Assembly: GCA_965140445.1 (NCBI GenBank)
Contig: OZ223236.1
Location: 2,976,001 to 3,040,000 of the forward strand
Reading direction: 5' to 3'
Source: Candidatus Ozemobacteraceae bacterium
GTDB taxonomy: Bacteria; Muiribacteriota; Ozemobacteria; Ozemobacterales; Ozemobacteraceae
DNA length: 64,000 bases
Positions within the stretch are counted from its first letter, which is position 1. Each line of letters opens with the position of its first letter. Shown here one piece after another: positions 1 to 10,318 of the stretch. Below the pieces are notes generated by a model. That model made no database searches, was not told where the DNA came from, and saw only the letters and a list, made by a program, of their open reading frames with translations. The position numbers and the translations under genes are program-made.

Positions 1-1030
1 AGCCGCTTGCAGCTGAGGCAAACACCCCGGTAGGAGCTGCTGGAATTGAAGTTGCCTGTTGTCCGGTTATCTCGACCTCAGAAGAAGCCGGAGACTCACC
101 CATTGCAGATACAGCTGTAATTACAAAATAATATTTATTACCTAAAACTGGTGGTGTAAATCTAAATGGAGATGTCACTCCACGAATACGCGTAGCCGTA
201 GTGGTTATAAAGCCTGCTTTATCACTCCAGTAGATGTTGTAGCCGACAGCACCCTGAACGGCTTGCCATTGCAGCTGAATAGACCCGTCAGCGCTTATTC
301 CGATGACCCCTGATGGTGCTGCAATCTGGTTTGTTTGTCCGGGAGGTAAAGGTGTAAGTATTGCTGTGGAACTAGCCGGAACCGACTTAACCATATCTAT
401 CAGTGTTGATTCTCCAATGTTACTTAGAATCATTGTCATTACATCTTTATCGTTCGCGCTTAAGTCGTTAGCCAACCAGTTGTTTATAGCTGTGGCAACT
501 GCTTCAAGGTTAACTTCTCCGCTTATTACAGAAGCCTCAACCTGCTTTGAATTAATACTGTAACTACTTTTTTCAACAAGCAGTGATACTGCCGTAGTAT
601 CAACATTTACAGGAATGTTGCTCTCGTTAACATTTAGCTGATCAATATGGCTTTGAAGTAAGCAATGTCCACTCATAAAGATCTTGACCCTGTAATTTTC
701 ACCTGGTGGTATCTGCGTCAGAACAAAAGTTCCTGAAGCTTTATCGACCGGTACAGGGCCGGCAATCATTTTGTCAGATTTGTCATAGAGGTATGCGTTT
801 AAACTGTCTAATGCCAGGTTGGCTTTTACCATAGATCCAGGAACTTCAGAAGAAACTCGAATTGAGTTGCTGAGCAAAGATGAAGGTATGCTTACTTTGC
901 CGGCAACTGAATAAGTTACGGGTGCAGAAACATCGGCATTATCATTGTCAAATCCGCCAAGAATTCGACAACCGGGTAAGCTAAATATTATAAAAACAAG
1001 AATGCTTAAGCATATAAACTTTTTTAACAT
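1..1030 (-). CDS. Lipoprotein with fibronectin type III domain (partial; runs off window start; absent from ORF track)
   Basis: Manual translation from ATG 1030: MLKKFICLSILVFIIFSLPGC (lipobox), and near the window edge IQLQWQAVQGAVGYNIYWS...KYYFVITAVSAMGES (FN3 signature); AAGGA upstream. Confidence 0.8.
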   Translation of the reverse strand, partial: MLKKFICLSILVFIIFSLPGCRILGGFDNDNADVSAPVTYSVAGKVSIPSSLLSNSIRVSSEVPGSMVKANLALDSLNAYLYDKSDKMIAGPVPVDKASGTFVLTQIPPGENYRVKIFMSGHCLLQSHIDQLNVNESNIPVNVDTTAVSLLVEKSSYSINSKQVEASVISGEVNLEAVATAINNWLANDLSANDKDVMTMILSNIGESTLIDMVKSVPASSTAILTPLPPGQTNQIAAPSGVIGISADGSIQLQWQAVQGAVGYNIYWSDKAGFITTTATRIRGVTSPFRFTPPVLGNKYYFVITAVSAMGESPASSEVEITGQQATSIPAAPTGVFASAASG

Positions 1031-1049
1031 TATATTTTCCTTTACCATT

Positions 1050-3680
1050 TCAATATGTATGTGTCCCAGATTCTGTGCCATCTTCGGAATACCAATGCCA
1101 GGTTCCTGTTGTTTTTCCATCTATGAATTGGCCTTTATGGGAGATATTGCCATTTTCAAAGAACCATGTGACGGGTCCGGTTAAAAAATCATCCTTAAAA
1201 GTATGTTTATGCCATACATTTCCATTTTGATAATAATTCGTACAAAGTCCGTTTTTTTTACCATTTTCAAAATTAGTGGTTGTATGGATATTGCCGTTTT
1301 CATAATATTCCGTCATAAGTCCATCAAATAAGCCATCTTTATAATTTCTTTCACTTTGCAACTTTCCATCGGGGTAATAGACAAAAGATTTATAAGAGTC
1401 AGTAGCGGTAAAATCTTTGTTTACTATTCTTTTTGCGCCGTCATCATAATACTCAGTATTAATTATTGGCATTATTTCACCAGAAGAGTTTCTAAAAGAT
1501 TCCCCATCACTGTATAATGTGCCATTATCTCTCCACTGAGACCATTTTCCGAAGATATTCCCTTGTGAATCATGGCTACCTTCTCTACGTTTTTGTGTTT
1601 CTTCCTGATCCCAATACTCTGTGAATTTTGTTGTTACGCGCGCTTTAACGGTTACAGTTTCTTTTGCAAATCCAGGAGCCTGATATTCTATATCAAAGGT
1701 AAAATCCTGATCATCCAGTTCGTCGCAAAGAAATATAAAATAAAGATTTGATGGGTTTTCTTGATGTGGTGTATATGCTAGGAAATAATCCAGTCTTACT
1801 TTTGGGTTAGAAATACTCTTTGCAATTGATTCCTTTGTACTGGTTATTATACTTGGGTGAATCAAATAATCTTCGGTGGTGATTGAAGAAGTCAGAGTGT
1901 TGAGATTAGGCAGATTCAAAGAGAAATTAGACGAGCCTGCGCTGTTTTGATTGATTGCGGTTTCGAGTTGTTTCAAGCTTGTGTTTAATTCTTTAAATCG
2001 AATGAGATTTTCATTTCCGTTCAGGAAATCAGTTGCCTTAAGGGTTCGATACTTTGCCAGGAACTGAATGCCCCCCTCAAGCCAATAGGTATTAGCCTGA
2101 AAAAGAATTGGCTCAGACGTAGAATTTTCTGCTCTCAACGCATATCTCACATTTCCTCTTACTCCAGACCCAGCCATTTTGGTTTTTTGAAAAATGACTG
2201 TATCTTTAGCCGGTGCATAGATTTTTTTCCTTAAAACCCCGGTTGCCTTTCCCCATAGCTCTTCTACAATATTTTTAGACGCAGCCTTTTTTCTACTTTC
2301 AATAATTTTTTTTATCCAGTCTTTGACGAATTGACTCGCTTTTACTTCTGCCTTTGAGATTCCAACAGATTTTAGAACATCGACTTTAGTGATTCCATTT
2401 TCCGTATATGCTCTAAGTTTTACAAAACTTCTATTCCCTGTTCCACAATCCGGGCCGAGATACGAATTAGGTCCAAACATAACAACGCCCTCTTCAATAA
2501 CATCTGCTCTTACACTCATTCCATTAAAACTAAATCTACCAGCTGATCTACGTATAGAAGCAGATGACAAAGAGAACCCTGAGAAGAATTCCTGATTTGC
2601 GGCCATAAACTGAGCGGCAATTTGTTTTTCTTCGGGAGTAAGTTTTGCAAAATCCTCGCGAAGCTTCTGGTTCTCTGCCTGTAATTCTGCGAGATCAGAG
2701 CTGGCTTCCAATCCTGCCAATTCATCATCGAAAACTTTGAGGGTATCTTCAATAAAAGTATCTGGATTTTGCTGCCCTTCGTAAGCAGAAATATAAAGTC
2801 GATTCAAACTGCTCCAGCCATCTACGGTTAAACTGACAGTATGCCAGCCAGATGCCAGACTGGGAACAGGGCAAGTAAGTTTGCCGTTTTTGTTGGAAAA
2901 AACAACTGATGTTTCTTCAATAAAACCTTCATAAGAAGTTCTTGATGGTGTAAATCCATTTGCAACAATTTCTATCTGCTGCATTGGCTTCAGATTATCA
3001 TTAACCAGAGTCAGACCCTTTTCGCCAAGTATTTTTTCGAACTCTACCCAGGCATCTTCATAAATCGTAGGGGAGTCGGAAGCAAGTTTGGCAACAACTT
3101 CTTCAATCAAAGAGATTTTGGGAAGTGCTCCAAAGTTAGCCTTTGATGAATCTTCAGCTAATCTAGCCAGCAGCGATCCTACCAGATCAGTTTTGGAACG
3201 GCTTCCTTTTGGTGCATAATTGATAACATTCTGTTTATAAAGTTGAATGTCTATAGCCCCATGAAGATTATGAGATTCCATTACAAACAGGTTGTCAAAA
3301 TCTAATTGGGCATAAGCAAGAACACCAGTAACGTTGTGAAACTCAATTTCATTCGTAGCTGTATTAATAAGATTAAATGTTTTATTTAATATTAAGATGT
3401 TTGGTGAGCTTTGTGGATTGAAAACAATAAGTTTCACAAAACAGTTTGAAGCCTGAATGCCATCTGCCAGCAATGACTGCGACTTTAAATCCAAACTTGG
3501 GAGTATCAGTCGAATTGACGTTGAAACTTCTCCGGGAATACTGTTATCAGTAGTCAGTGATCCAACCGGATTTGATCCACCTCCACCACCAGAGCATCCA
3601 ATAATTTCAAACAGACAAAACAAAATAATAAAGAGATGCATAAAAGAAACTTTTAACTTACTAAACATTTTCACCCTCAC
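1050..3680 (-). CDS. Large lipoprotein with C-terminal MORN-variant (YwqK-like) repeats
   Basis: IIGC-SGGGGG lipobox and linker; repeats YYPDGKLQSERNYKDG / YYENGNIHTTTNFENG / YYQNGNV; likely start ATG 3668. Confidence 0.75.
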   Translation of the reverse strand: MRVKMFSKLKVSFMHLFIILFCLFEIIGCSGGGGGSNPVGSLTTDNSIPGEVSTSIRLILPSLDLKSQSLLADGIQASNCFVKLIVFNPQSSPNILILNKTFNLINTATNEIEFHNVTGVLAYAQLDFDNLFVMESHNLHGAIDIQLYKQNVINYAPKGSRSKTDLVGSLLARLAEDSSKANFGALPKISLIEEVVAKLASDSPTIYEDAWVEFEKILGEKGLTLVNDNLKPMQQIEIVANGFTPSRTSYEGFIEETSVVFSNKNGKLTCPVPSLASGWHTVSLTVDGWSSLNRLYISAYEGQQNPDTFIEDTLKVFDDELAGLEASSDLAELQAENQKLREDFAKLTPEEKQIAAQFMAANQEFFSGFSLSSASIRRSAGRFSFNGMSVRADVIEEGVVMFGPNSYLGPDCGTGNRSFVKLRAYTENGITKVDVLKSVGISKAEVKASQFVKDWIKKIIESRKKAASKNIVEELWGKATGVLRKKIYAPAKDTVIFQKTKMAGSGVRGNVRYALRAENSTSEPILFQANTYWLEGGIQFLAKYRTLKATDFLNGNENLIRFKELNTSLKQLETAINQNSAGSSNFSLNLPNLNTLTSSITTEDYLIHPSIITSTKESIAKSISNPKVRLDYFLAYTPHQENPSNLYFIFLCDELDDQDFTFDIEYQAPGFAKETVTVKARVTTKFTEYWDQEETQKRREGSHDSQGNIFGKWSQWRDNGTLYSDGESFRNSSGEIMPIINTEYYDDGAKRIVNKDFTATDSYKSFVYYPDGKLQSERNYKDGLFDGLMTEYYENGNIHTTTNFENGKKNGLCTNYYQNGNVWHKHTFKDDFLTGPVTWFFENGNISHKGQFIDGKTTGTWHWYSEDGTESGTHTY

Positions 3681-4062
3681 TGGCAGCTTTTTTTAACACA
3701 GATTTTATTTTTCCCAAGTATTCTTCCATTCAGAATTCTATGGCCGGATAGTAAAACACTAAAGGAACTTTTTGTCTGTCCGGGAAAATACGTACAAAAT
3801 TATTTTCCTTATTTTTATGCCCAAAATGGTGTGGTTTTCACCTTAGAAATGTATCTGGTGAATTTAAAATTCCTGCACTTATACTGAATAGTGTGTAAAA
3901 GACTTATTTTTTCCGCTGTAACTTGGAACCTTATTGAAGAGTTGGAAGTAAGGTTTTTAGTGTTGATAAAAGTTCTAAATTTGTAAATAGGCGTTCAAAA
4001 TGCTCTATAGCAAAAAAACTCAGATGTTGCTAAAATATAGAAAATAATTGGTCGGTGGAGCA

Positions 4063-4275
4063 ATGTTAAAAGAATTTACAGCTATTGTTAAAAATGAGGA
4101 TAAATGGTGGTTTGGATGGATAGAAGAGGTTCCTGGTGTAAATTGCCAAGAAGAAACCAAGGAACAGTTAATTAAAAGTCTTCAGCAGACTCTGAGGGAA
4201 GCTCTGGCCTTTAATCGGCAAGATGCAATAGAAGCTGCTGGAGAAAAGTTTTCAGAAGAAAAGATCGCAATTTAA
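4063..4275 (+). CDS. hicB: HicB-family type II antitoxin
   Basis: FTAIVKNEDKWWFGWIEEVPGVNCQEETKEQL typical of short HicB; ATG 4063 after GGAG. Confidence 0.8.
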   Translation: MLKEFTAIVKNEDKWWFGWIEEVPGVNCQEETKEQLIKSLQQTLREALAFNRQDAIEAAGEKFSEEKIAI

Positions 4276-4276
4276 A

Positions 4277-4336
4277 ATGAAGCGTGATCAATTGCTAAGC
4301 ACTCTAGTGAAGCTTCAAATTGTTTCCATTTATTGA
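4277..4336 (+). pseudogene. hicA: Probable remnant of HicA toxin N-terminus
   Basis: ATG 1 nt after hicB stop; MKRDQLL resembles HicA start (MKRxxLxKHL); AAG CAC (KH) lies in a shifted frame; stops after 19 codons. Confidence 0.45.
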
Positions 4337-4384
4337 AGCATTAAAACTTTATTGGATTAACTTTTAACCCTTTATAGGAATCAA

Positions 4385-5119
4385 ATGAAATTAAAAAACA
4401 AAATTTTAAGTGTTCTGTGTTTTATCTTTATGTCTTTCGTTCTTTGCGGGTATAGGCCGCAATGGGAAGCTCTTATAGCGAAGAGATGCGCAGAAGAAAT
4501 GATCGTTGCTACCCATGCATTAGAACGTCTGGAGAAAGGGGGAACTTTAGTTCGGGGCGAAGGTGAGAGCATTAATGAATATTCATTGGTTGAGAAAGGT
4601 GGATTGACAACAATTCCAATCTGTCCAGCTGGATTGGAAAACAAGCCAGAGCCGTTGCCCTACAAAGTTAAAAAAAATGAATCTGGAGAAATCATTGTTT
4701 ATTGTGAAATCCATGGTTCCAGAGAGAGAATAATTGTACAACCAGAAGATTCTAAATACATTGATCTCATTAACGCCGCAAAAATAACTCAGAGCAATAG
4801 AAGTCAGCTGGCATTTATTATTGTGGGGTTTTTAATCTGGGTTGGACCTGTTTTAACTTTTCTAGCTCTGGCAAAAATAATTGGGAAAAAGAAAATCGCC
4901 CCCATTTATTCCTTCTGCCGAAAAGCTTATTTGTTGCCAAATTACGCGATGGTTGTCATTTCAATTCCTGGCACTTTTGCAGCGCCGACACCCCCTGCTC
5001 AGCAATTGGTAACAATAGTCGGTGTCATTTCGTTGACAGCTATAATAGCTGGTTCGGTTATTTTTCCTGCCATTGAATCATGGCTAAATGAAAAACCTCA
5101 GTCCATGTCTGAGGAATAA
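4385..5119 (+). CDS. Membrane protein with Cys/His pilin-like domain
   Basis: N-terminal hydrophobic segment, C...ICPAG...YCEIHG motif, about three C-terminal TM segments. Confidence 0.55.
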   Translation: MKLKNKILSVLCFIFMSFVLCGYRPQWEALIAKRCAEEMIVATHALERLEKGGTLVRGEGESINEYSLVEKGGLTTIPICPAGLENKPEPLPYKVKKNESGEIIVYCEIHGSRERIIVQPEDSKYIDLINAAKITQSNRSQLAFIIVGFLIWVGPVLTFLALAKIIGKKKIAPIYSFCRKAYLLPNYAMVVISIPGTFAAPTPPAQQLVTIVGVISLTAIIAGSVIFPAIESWLNEKPQSMSEE

Positions 5120-5248
5120 ACCTTTTCTTTAAAGTCAGGCTAGTCAGCTCTAAAACTAAGTTACAATATGCTCAAAAGGCTGAAGTAAAATATTCTAAAT
5201 CAATCATGCATCAGAAAAATGGAATATTTAACTAAAAGGAAACTTAAA

Positions 5249-5611
5249 CTATTCTCCAATTAAAAACATTAAAAATGTTATAAAAACTGGCAGCAAAAGT
5301 AGAAACCAACCCCCAAAAGCGACCATAGAAGCAGGTGAAGCGGCGGTGATTTTGTGACCACTCATGAAACCAGTAAATGCTCCCATCGCCTCACTGAACC
5401 AGATGCATGCAAGCGGGAGCAAAAGGGATGCGGCTACCTGCAAAGTTGCTTTTCCACCTAGCCAAACACCAGAAATAATAATATACACAATTGCGATAAG
5501 AGCAGACAAAACTCTGCTGATTATTTGCGGATCTTTGAGTAAATTGCCAAGGAGGGGTTCTTTTTCATTTTCAAGATTATTTTTATTTATACTTTTCATA
5601 GTTTTGTACAA
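5249..5611 (-). CDS. Small membrane protein
   Basis: Three hydrophobic segments; likely start ATG 5599. Confidence 0.65.
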   Translation of the reverse strand: MYKTMKSINKNNLENEKEPLLGNLLKDPQIISRVLSALIAIVYIIISGVWLGGKATLQVAASLLLPLACIWFSEAMGAFTGFMSGHKITAASPASMVAFGGWFLLLLPVFITFLMFLIGE

Positions 5612-5898
5612 TTGCTCTTGTAAAGGCAGGCTAAGAGATTATGGACTGCCCAAGTCCCTGTCTATGTTATCTGAAGAAGGCATCATTTATTTGAATTGGA
5701 GATTTTAACTCGTTAATATTAGCATAAAGAAGTAGATTTGCTAAAAAAACTTAGGCAAGTTGGTGTATTGGCTTCAGCATATATTAAAAAATTCTCAGCA
5801 ATGTGAAATGAGCCCTACGGTCCAATAACTATTGTCTCTATGAATCCCTAATGCTAGATTAATGGTAAATGAAGTAAATTTTTCACTTAGAGAGTTGA

Positions 5899-6546
5899 AT
5901 GGAAAAAGAAATAGCTAATCCTGAAAACATTAAAAACAAAGACTTCGACCTCATACTAAAAGGGAAGGTAAAATTTGACCCAAGGACTCCCTTTGAAAAT
6001 CTCTTTAGAACTGGCATTTGGCTATGCCCTTTTCTTGGTCTTATGAGTGTCTTTGCCTATGTGGCAACCAAAATTAGCCTGTTCATACCATTGGTTTTTC
6101 TAGGATTCTTTGGAATGATCCCTTGCTTGATTTTGTATTTCCTCACAGACAATTACTACATTCTTGACTGTGATCGTCAGCAGCTAATGTATAGGTTCAA
6201 ATTTCTTTTTTATGAGAAGATTTATACCTATGCCTTATTTAAAGATATTCACGCTGTTACCATAAAATCGACTGTTAAAAGAAGCTCAAGTTCTAAAACT
6301 GTTGGTGCACCAGGCGCAAAAAGCAGAAAATTTTGGAAATACCAGATTCTTATAGCTTTATCTTCTGGAAAAGTATTACCTATAACCAACCTGGAGCAAG
6401 CAATTTTCATTAAGGAAGAAAAACAGGCAAAAAAAATAGCTCAGACAACTAAGGCAAAGTATGTGCAAGGGTTTGATACAAGACCATCTAATCCTCACAT
6501 AATAAAAGGAAATGATGGAAAATATTCCTTCCAGCATGGCCCATAA
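5899..6546 (+). CDS. Hypothetical membrane protein (2 TM plus PH-like soluble domain)
   Basis: 215 aa ORF, two hydrophobic helices, GAG upstream. Confidence 0.6.
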   Translation: MEKEIANPENIKNKDFDLILKGKVKFDPRTPFENLFRTGIWLCPFLGLMSVFAYVATKISLFIPLVFLGFFGMIPCLILYFLTDNYYILDCDRQQLMYRFKFLFYEKIYTYALFKDIHAVTIKSTVKRSSSSKTVGAPGAKSRKFWKYQILIALSSGKVLPITNLEQAIFIKEEKQAKKIAQTTKAKYVQGFDTRPSNPHIIKGNDGKYSFQHGP

Positions 6547-6640
6547 AACTTTCTTTTAGGTCTAAGCTTCGCAAGAAGTGACGCTATTTTTAATTTTGTT
6601 GTGATAGATAACATTCCGGTGGCATAAAATTGGAGGCCTA

Positions 6641-7180
6641 ATGATGAGATCAATATTGTTAATTTTCGTTTTATTAGTTTGTATTCCTTTTTCTATTTTT
6701 GCAGCAGAAATTGTTCTCAAAGATATTAATTATCAATCTTCCTCTATTATTGATCCCTTTAACCGCTCCCCCAAAGAAAGCTTCCCAAATGGTAACGAAA
6801 CCTATTTCAAGTATGATATAGAAATAAACTCTATCGATGACTTTTTGGCTTTCTTAAAAGATCATCAAGATTTTGGAATTCTGCATCCAGATTACGATTC
6901 TCCTGTTAAATTTAACTATCCAACCAAAGAAAAGTTGCTACCTGGATATATTTTTCATAACTCTAAAAAATTTCCAGACATAAAGCTTGAGCTTGATAAC
7001 TACAAAGGAAAAATTAAAACTTTGAAAGTCACGGATTCTAGTCATCAGAACAAATTGTTATATGTCTTGGAAATCAATCGTTCTGACTTCAAGGAGAAAG
7101 TTAATATTGAAAATTGGAACATAAGAATCCAGATGAGCAATAATGGAAATCTTTCTTATACCTTCATCATGGGTAAATAG
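6641..7180 (+). CDS. Hypothetical secreted protein
   Basis: Signal peptide ending IFA; GGAGG RBS. Confidence 0.7.
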   Translation: MMRSILLIFVLLVCIPFSIFAAEIVLKDINYQSSSIIDPFNRSPKESFPNGNETYFKYDIEINSIDDFLAFLKDHQDFGILHPDYDSPVKFNYPTKEKLLPGYIFHNSKKFPDIKLELDNYKGKIKTLKVTDSSHQNKLLYVLEINRSDFKEKVNIENWNIRIQMSNNGNLSYTFIMGK

Positions 7181-7406
7181 TCCCCGTAAGGATACAGTGA
7201 CTGAAAAAATAGATTGGCGCAAGGCTTCACAGGAAAAATTCAAAGTGCTTACAGCTTCACTATTTTTGTGTGCCAAAAACGCAATTTCAACTAAATTTAA
7301 AAAACTTGGCAAAAAGATATTTGTTTTTTCTCAAGACGTCTTGAATGTAGCAAAATCCTTGGATTTTCTTAAAATCTAAAATTATATAAAAGTTAAAAGA
7401 GGTAAA

Positions 7407-8135
7407 ATGCCAGATCAAATATTTGAAAATTCAAGGTTAGCTTCAATCTATGATGATTTTGATGGTCAACGTGAAGACCTTCAAAACTATTTGAAAATCG
7501 TTAAAGAATTTGGTGCTAAGTCTATTTTGGATATTGGCTGTGGGACAGGATGCTTTGCTGTTTTATTGAAAGAGCAGGGGTATGATGTGACTGGTCTTGA
7601 CCCGGCTCGGGCTTCATTGGAAATTGCTCGAAGAAAAAGACACGCCGATAAAATACAATGGATTTTAGGTGACGCAACTTGTCTACCGCCTATGACTGTT
7701 GATTTAGCGGTTATGACGGGAAATGTTGCTCAAGTTTTTATTACTGATGAATCTTGGGAAGAGAACCTTCTGGCAATTCGGAAAGTTCTTCAACCGCAAG
7801 GGCATCTGGTTTTTGAAGTTAGAGACCCTGAAAGGCAAGCCTGGCTAGCTTGGACTCCTGAAAAAACTCATCAGCGTTTAGAAATTAAAGGTATTGGTTA
7901 TGTTGAAGGATGGTGTGAAGTTAAAGAAGTGTCTGAAGAATTGGTGACCTTTTGCTGGACTTACACTTTTGAATCTGACGGTAAAGTTCTATCTTCCGAC
8001 TCCACGCTTAGGTTTCGTAAGCGAGAAGATATTATAGAATCTCTTGATAATGCAGGCTATTCAGTCCTGGATATTCGCGATGCACCAGATCGACCTGGCA
8101 AAGAATTTGTATTTATTGCTCAGCCAAAAAGTTAG
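7407..8135 (+). CDS. Class I SAM-dependent methyltransferase
   Basis: ILDIGCGTG motif I, VTGLD motif; GAGGT RBS. Confidence 0.9.
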   Translation: MPDQIFENSRLASIYDDFDGQREDLQNYLKIVKEFGAKSILDIGCGTGCFAVLLKEQGYDVTGLDPARASLEIARRKRHADKIQWILGDATCLPPMTVDLAVMTGNVAQVFITDESWEENLLAIRKVLQPQGHLVFEVRDPERQAWLAWTPEKTHQRLEIKGIGYVEGWCEVKEVSEELVTFCWTYTFESDGKVLSSDSTLRFRKREDIIESLDNAGYSVLDIRDAPDRPGKEFVFIAQPKS

Positions 8136-8488
8136 CATGGGTTTAAAGGGGGGGTGAAATACTGGATCTCATTAACACCCTTAAACTCGTTATCTTGAAA
8201 TATTGGAAGATACAGTATTTTTTTCTGTTTTCCTGCCATTGGGATTGATTTCTCAACAACCTTGACTGAATTGTTTTTAAAACTTTCATACATGTCTTTT
8301 ATAGGCTGATGGCTTTCAGGTTTATGACAATCAAACAAGCTGGTTCCCACGATATTTTTCCCACCAAATCGGGCGTAGTTTAATGCGCCGATATTGTTGA
8401 TATATTGGATTACAAAGTTTTCATCTGCAATTACTATTACAGCATTTACTCCATCCAGTAGCTGAGCAGAAACTTTTGCTTTATTCAT
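8132..8488 (-). CDS. Stand-alone PAS domain protein
   Basis: AVIVIADENFVIQYIN...IVGTSLFDCH pattern typical of PAS. Confidence 0.75.
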   Translation of the reverse strand: MNKAKVSAQLLDGVNAVIVIADENFVIQYINNIGALNYARFGGKNIVGTSLFDCHKPESHQPIKDMYESFKNNSVKVVEKSIPMAGKQKKILYLPIFQDNEFKGVNEIQYFTPPLNPC

Positions 8489-8672
8489 TTTCTTATCCTT
8501 ATTAAAGGTTTAAACACCAAAGATTCATAATTGGTAAAAAATGATTATAAACTTTCTATAGCTAACCAGGAACCAGAATTTCTAAACTGAAATTCTGTAA
8601 GACAGCTCACTTTAATTAGGTTCATTGGAGAATGATCTAATGTTTAAAGCTGCACTATGCATTCGCGTAAAA

Positions 8673-9308
8673 TTAGCGAAGAAGCTTGGCGGCCTCTGGC
8701 TTCTCCATAAGATCTGCAAGGTCGGCAGGAATCCTTCCCTGTTTATCTTTGGCATTTTTGTTTGCACCCGACTCCAAAAGCATTTTTATTGCTTCAATGT
8801 GCCCTTTTTGTGCTGCCCAATGTAATGGGGTGTAGCCATAGTTGTCTACTGATTCAAGATTGGCACCTTTTGATACCAGAAATTTAATAATTTTTGCTTC
8901 TCCGTTGCTGGCGGCATCAATTAATGGGGTTGCATTGTCAGCCCCAACTGCATTTACATCTGCACCGAATTTAACTAAAGCTCCAATTGCTTTTTTCTGA
9001 TTAAAATTAATTGCTCTGTGTAATGGAGTTTCACCATTCTCTAATTTATCTTTTGCTTTGCCTGGGTTTTCTTTTAAAATCCTTAACAATTCCTTAATGT
9101 CTCCACACATTGCTGCATCAAAGATATCTCCTGCGGCGGCTTTCAATTCGCCACTTTCTTTCTTTTTGTTGAAATCTTTTATTGTATCGCCAGTCATTTT
9201 GAGCATTTCTTCGTATTTTTTTCGATTTTCAGCTTGCTGGTCTGATTCACCAAAGAGAGTTTGAGAAAATATGCAAAACCCTACCAGAAAAACAAAAAAG
9301 CACTTCAT
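8673..9308 (-). CDS. Secreted ankyrin repeat protein
   Basis: GETPLHRA, ATPLIDAA, GYTPLHWAA repeats; N-terminal signal peptide. Confidence 0.9.
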   Translation of the reverse strand: MKCFFVFLVGFCIFSQTLFGESDQQAENRKKYEEMLKMTGDTIKDFNKKKESGELKAAAGDIFDAAMCGDIKELLRILKENPGKAKDKLENGETPLHRAINFNQKKAIGALVKFGADVNAVGADNATPLIDAASNGEAKIIKFLVSKGANLESVDNYGYTPLHWAAQKGHIEAIKMLLESGANKNAKDKQGRIPADLADLMEKPEAAKLLR

Positions 9309-9341
9309 AATTGACCACCTTTAAAACTTGAGGGATTAGAG

Positions 9342-9668
9342 CTATTCAACATTTTTTTCCAGGTTTCTTAAACTCTCCATGAACTCTTTATCAACCGGTA
9401 AAACCAATATGCAGCCAACTGCGATAACACAGCCAAAACCAAATGGATCTTGTATAAGCTTAATACCGCCATGGAGGTAGTTTTTTACAAAATAAATCGC
9501 GCAAATGTAATAAAGTGTCCAAAATGCTGCCAGACTCATGTAATACTTGAGCGTTGACTTTAAGGCAGATTTTTTATGGCAATCAGGACAAATATGATTA
9601 CCTAACGGGCTTTTCAAATATCTTTTCCAGGTAAGCGGGAATTTAGAATTACAATGTGGGCAAATCAT
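9342..9668 (-). CDS. Zinc-ribbon membrane protein
   Basis: CPHC...CPDC then two hydrophobic segments. Confidence 0.6.
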   Translation of the reverse strand: MICPHCNSKFPLTWKRYLKSPLGNHICPDCHKKSALKSTLKYYMSLAAFWTLYYICAIYFVKNYLHGGIKLIQDPFGFGCVIAVGCILVLPVDKEFMESLRNLEKNVE

Positions 9669-9788
9669 AAGGGAAACCTGTTTTATAAACTAAAAAGAAA
9701 TAATATCAAAACCATTATCTAACAAAAAATCTTCAAAAGAAAGATTAATTGGGAATTTGGGACGGATAGCCAATTTATTAGTCTTTTT

Positions 9789-10262
9789 TTACTCAAAATA
9801 GGCTGGTTTATCTGCCAAAAATTGCTTAAAGGAATTTTGAATACGTTTTTTTAAAGATGGAGTCAAATCCTCAGGAAGCTCATCAACATTGAAAAATTGA
9901 AATTTGCTTAGTTCATTTTGGGGCAATTTTATTGAACTGAGCATTTCATAAGTGATTGGCTCAGTTGAAAAAACAAACATTAGAGATTCAGTTTTCAAAC
10001 CAGCGGGAGGATTGTAATCGACCAGCAATAAGGTTTTTATGATCAAATCCAGGCCAAGCTCTTCTTTTACTTCTCTTTTAACGCAATTCTTTGGAGATTC
10101 GTTTTCTTCAACAATTCCACCTGGTATTTCCCATGTTTTTTTATAAGTTGGTTTAACCAGCAAAATTCTTTGGGAGTCGTCTAAGATCAAACATCCAGCT
10201 CCCATTCTTTTTTTAGGCAATGAATTGTAAAATGTTTTTATCTTTTCTGTATCTGAATTCAA
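9789..10262 (-). CDS. NUDIX hydrolase
   Basis: Nudix box GGIVEENESPKNCVKREVKEELG. Confidence 0.9.
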   Translation of the reverse strand: MNSDTEKIKTFYNSLPKKRMGAGCLILDDSQRILLVKPTYKKTWEIPGGIVEENESPKNCVKREVKEELGLDLIIKTLLLVDYNPPAGLKTESLMFVFSTEPITYEMLSSIKLPQNELSKFQFFNVDELPEDLTPSLKKRIQNSFKQFLADKPAYFE

Positions 10263-10318
10263 AATTTATTCCCTTCGAGTCGTGGAATCGCTTTAATAAT
10301 TAAATATAACAATGCCAA

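Noticed and set aside
5612..5686. In-frame upstream extension of the 5249-5611 ORF across one TAA (possible readthrough or pseudogene)
   Set aside because: Extension is short and featureless; downstream ATG gives a plausible complete protein
9745..9780. Spacer sequence GGAATTTGGGACGGATAGCCAATTT reminiscent of REP-like elements near tyrosine transposases
   Set aside because: Single copy, no transposase in window, resemblance is impressionistic
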